Shown: positions 59,537 to 64,000 of the stretch, piece after piece
Numbering within the stretch: the first letter of the stretch is position 1
How the letters are laid out: every line of letters starts with the position of its first letter
Assembly (NCBI GenBank): GCA_028534125.1
Contig: CM052818.1
Span: 35,404,001-35,468,000 of the forward strand
DNA: 64,000 bases
DNA from: Lama glama
Lineage: Eukaryota
Direction: 5' to 3'
The notes under the pieces: generated by a model
Databases searched by the model: none
The model's input: the letters and a program-made list of their open reading frames with translations, nothing else
Told to the model about the DNA's origin: nothing
Made by a program: the position numbers and the translations under genes

Positions 59537-61577
59537 GGCTGCCCTACTGTAGGGGATTGCAACCACCAAGCCAGTTTTCTTCTGAAGACTTTGTCATGTG
59601 GAGGTTTAGTTACATGCTTGGGGACCTTCCTGGTGACAGGAATCAATCCCATTTCTCCCTCACCCAGATCTCAGCTCCCCAGACTGAAGGCAGCAGCTTT
59701 TGTGTGTAGAACACAACCCGTCCCATTGGGCTCTGCACCTTCTCTGAACCAACTTTTTATTTATTGAGTACTGAGTCCCTTCTCAGTGAATGGGACTCGG
59801 TCCCCATCCTCACAGAGTTTGTGCCAGACCTGCTAACCTTCAGAGTCACACAGGCAAACTCAGGCCTAGAAAGATGCCTAGCTTGGCAGCAACAACAACA
59901 ACAAAATTTAAATTTAGCTTAATTTCAGAACCTGTCTTATTTATTTGTATGTCCATTCAGAAAGCAAGTGGTCCTGGTCTGTGTTGCTGGGGCTTATGGG
60001 AGGACCCATCCATTCTCCCCAGATATGCACCAAGGGCCTCTTCTGCACAGGCATTGCTCCAGGCACTGGGGAAGCAGCAGACCCTACCCTCGTTAAGTTC
60101 ACAGTTTGGTGGTGGTGATGACTGGGTAGGGTAGAGGAGACAAATAAGTACAGCATGAAGGTGTTGATGAGCTCTGTGAAGAAAAACAAGCAGGATAAGG
60201 GGATTAGGAGTGATGGACCGTGGTGCTATGTTGTATAAAGAGGTCAGGGAAATCTCCAATGAGGTTAATTTTGAGCAGAGATCTTAGTAAAGTGAAGGAG
60301 CAGAACTAGTGGTCATCTGGGAGAAAGCAGAGGGGACAGGATGTGCAAAGGACCTGAGGCAGGAGTGTGCTCAGTTGGGAATGTATGTGTGTAGTTGGGG
60401 GTGAGGGTCCCTTAGGGATGCAAGATCCCACAGACCCTATGGGAAGTTGTAGGCTTTGCCTTTTGCTCTGAATTGCTGCATTGAGACTAGTCTGTAGAGG
60501 CGCAAGGTGGCTGCAGGGAGACAGGTCATCCAGGTAAATTGATGGTGGTCTCACACCTGGGACTCTCAGTTAATGCTTGCTGAATTGATCTAAGCTATTC
60601 TGGTCAGAACCTGCTTGAAATCATGACCACCTGACCCATGACAGAGATTGGCAAAAGCACCACAGGAACAAAACTTCCAAAGGAAAAACTGCCCTCATTT
60701 TGGTGGTTGGGATAAAAAGGAAGATTTATTCTTATTCTTCAACAGGAACCAGAGTTCTAAAGAGGGAAAGGCTCCTGGATAGACACTGAATTTGGCAGAA
60801 GAGCTGTCTGAAGCCCAGGGTAGCAAAGTGACTCATCCAATGTCACACAGCAGCTTAGTGGCCACCTGGGATTCCGGAGTGAGGACTCTTGCCCTGCACT
60901 GTGTATCTCTTGCTGCTTTGTTCCTTTCCCCAGGATCTCAGTTGGGCCGTCTCTGTCCCCACAGTACGAATCACCCCTTACCTAGGGTTCTGCCGAGCTC
61001 CTTGAGTAACTCTGGCTACTTGCCAGCTCCGTCAGGTCACGCCCAGCAACCACAACCTTGCAGTGTCCTCCCGGGACCCCGAGCCGGCTCCGGTCCTCTT
61101 TCCATTTGGCAGGCTCCCTGGTTCTCTCACTCCTGATTCAGGACAGAAAGAGATTTGGTCTGTGACTGATGCTTTCATGCAGTGTTGGTGAGAGGGAGAA
61201 TTTGAAGTATCCATCACAGTTATAAATGCCTATGCCCTTTGACCTAGAAGTTCCACCTCTAGGATCTTTCTTGTGGAGACACACAGGATCACTGCCGAGG
61301 GCACTGTGGTGTAAAATAGCCAGATATGAAGGGACCCTGCAGCCTGGGGCTCTACCCTATCCTGGTTCCCTCCCTCTCTGGCCCCTCCTCTGCCACCCAA
61401 GCTTTAAATGTGGCTCTTTCTCCAGGCACTAGGCCTCCACTGCCTCTCCCCTCTGTGTGCTGTCTGGGTGTGACTCTTCGTTTCCTTGGTTTTAAACGTC
61501 ATCTCTATGCTGACTCTCCCTCCATTAAGCCTGCAGCTCTGACCCCTCAATGGCTCCAGTCTCATTCAGCCAACTCT

Positions 61578-62230
61578 TTTTTTTATTTGTAAGATATAGT
61601 TCACGTACCATAAAATTTGCCATTTTAAAGTGTGTATGTCAGTGGTTTTTAGTATATTCACAAGGTTGCACACCTATCACCACTGTGTAATTCTAGAATG
61701 TTTTCATCACCCCCAAAAGGCACCCTGTACCCATGAGCAGTCACTCCCTGTTACCCTCTCCCCTCAGCCCTTGGCAGCCACTAATCTATTTTCTGTCTCT
61801 CTGGATTTGCCTATTCTGTACATTTCCTGTAAATGGAATCATATAGCAGATAGCCTTTTGTGTCTGATTTCTTTCACATAGCATCATGTTTTTCAGGTCC
61901 ATCCATGTTATAGTGTGTATCATTATGTCATTCCTTTTTGTGTCCAAATAAAATTTCATTGTATACCATAAATATGAACCATATTTTGTTTATCACTGGA
62001 TGGATACTTCATCAATGGACGGATATTTGGATTATTTTCATTTTGGGGCTATTATGAGTAATGTTGCTGTGAACATTCGTGTGTAAGTGTTTGTGTGACT
62101 GTGTTTTCACTTCCCCTGGATATATACTTAGGATTGGAATTACTGGGTCATTTGGTAACTCTCTGTTTTGCTTTTTGAGCAACTACCAAACTGTTTTCCA
62201 AGGCAGCTGCACCATTTTACATTCTAGCAG
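61578..62230 (-). mobile_element. L1MB-type 3' fragment inserted into an L2
   Basis: gatatagttcacgtaccataaaatt...ttttagtatattcaca...ccactaatctattttctgtctctctggatttgcctattctg; L2-like sequence on both sides. Confidence 0.8.
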
Positions 62231-64000
62231 TGATGAGGATTTCAACCCATGGTCTCTTGAGGTTCCCCCCAAGGGGCTCAGAGGGCTCTCACACTCAATG
62301 TGTCAATATCTGAGCACACGCTCTCCTTTGTTGTGATAAATGGCACACCATTGTGCAGGCCAGACACTCGGGGACCATACATCAAGCTGTCTATGTTCTT
62401 GACCCCTTCAGCCAATAAGTGCTCTCAGTTCTACCCCCTAAATAAATCTCAGGCCTGACAGTCTCTCAACTGCCCACACCCTGTCCACCAACATTACTCA
62501 CTGGAATGGCCTACATAGTCTCCTGTTGAGGTCCCCACCTCCAGTCTTTTCTCTAGCAGAGTTATTTCTTTAAAATAAATTTTAAAAATAGAAGTAAAAG
62601 TTATACACATACATGGTAAAAAGAATCAACTATTACCAGAAGATACAATGGCCCACAAGGCCCTCCCTGATCTGACTGCCAATTATCTGCCTGGCCTCAT
62701 CTCCCACTTCTCTCCCCTGGCACACTCCAGTCCAGCCTCACAAGTCTCCTTTCTGTTCTTCAGACCCACCAGGAACACTCCTACGACAGGGCCTTTGCAC
62801 TTGCTGTTCCCACTGCTTGGTAAGTTCTCTCCTTTGCCTCCTTCACCACTTTAGTCGTGTCACTAAGTGACGTCATCTCTGGCTCATCTGTCTAAAACTG
62901 TAACCTTCCCACCCCCATCCCATCTTTCTCTTCTTCTTATTTTTTTTTTCTCCTAGCACATACCACTCTGTATCTTACTTTGGATTTTACTTATTTTATT
63001 TTTTCTTACTTATTTTACTTTTTTTTTCTCTCTTTCTAGAATACAAACTCCATTTTTCGGTTGTTTTGTGTACTTCTGTATCCCTAATGCCTTGGAAAAG
63101 GCCTGGCACCAAAGTAGCTCAGTAAAAAAGTGTTGACTGAATCAATGAATGAAAATCAATGAAGGAAAAACAACGATTTCTCATCTCTTTCCCCACCTCC
63201 AGCCCTCCAACCCAGGGGCAACCCCTCTCCACTGTTTTCTCTGGTAGTTAACTCAGTTTCTCTAAATAAGATGCCCCTGATGCTGTTCTTGATTAATCCA
63301 ATTTTTAAACATCTACCAACTCCCTCTGACCATACTACCTCTTTAGGGTTAATGGAATCCCCAAACTGATACTTTACATTTAGTTAAATCATTAGGACTA
63401 TGGAAATGTTCACTGAGAAGACAAATTTGCACTCTAATTATATTTCCTTCCTTAAACAGCGTTTTGCTTTTCCTCGAGTTTCTAATTGCCTGTGTCATTC
63501 CCTGCAATGTTCATTATTATCATCATCATAATCCTGATAATTTTTGTGTTGCCCCAAATTAGAGATTCTTAGGAGTTTTTCTTTTCCTCCATGGTACTTA
63601 CCACAATTTGCAGTTATGCATTTACGTGATTGCTTACTTTCTTAAATAACTGTCTCTCTTTGGAACAAAAGCTTCTAGAACAAAGGCTGCTCTGTTTACC
63701 AGAGCATTTCCAGCACCTGGCACCTTGCTCTGTGCCTGGCACATAATAGATCCTCAATACATATTTATTGAATAAATGAGCAGTAGAAACTGCAACATAT
63801 ACAGCCATTGGTAGCTGGGTAGTCAGGCGAATTGTGGATTATCTCTATAATGGAACAGTATTCACCGTTTGGAAACAAAGAACTATAAAGTCTGAATACT
63901 CTTTTCTAGCATCATTGTTTGGGTTCTTATTACTGCTGAGTCCTCCAAAGTTTGCAATGGCAAAGTAACCACATTATTATGCTCAAGGATTCCATGGGTC

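Noticed and set aside
43200..64000. A second protein-coding gene (e.g. POMC) downstream
   Set aside because: No recognisable coding exons; the region is dominated by L1, L2, MIR, MLT1 and MER fragments.

Overview
Mammalian genomic DNA covering most of the DNMT3A gene (DNA cytosine-5 methyltransferase 3A) on the + strand. The species is very probably a camelid, judged from three Vic-type tRNA-derived SINEs. The window starts in intron 4. It holds 19 coding exons (human-numbered 5-23, 1585-36810), which splice into one open frame of 2291 nt encoding part of the N-terminal region and the PWWP, ADD and catalytic domains. A ~6.3 kb 3' UTR follows, with proximal (38087) and distal (43082/43124) poly(A) signals. 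The 22.5 kb intron 6 contains the CpG-island promoter and first exon of the short DNMT3A2 isoform, a second candidate alternative first coding exon and an RFX/MEF2 motif cluster. Downstream of the gene are ~21 kb of repeat-rich intergenic DNA with two small CpG-rich promoter-like elements and a strong CTCF motif. I found no novel multi-gene system. The most interesting signals are regulatory: a candidate frameshifting poison exon in intron 19, a splice-created Met-Gly-stop uORF ahead of the DNMT3A2 start codon, alternative N-termini, and orphan promoters. Exon numbering and comparisons to human come from memory, and repeat family calls were made by eye.
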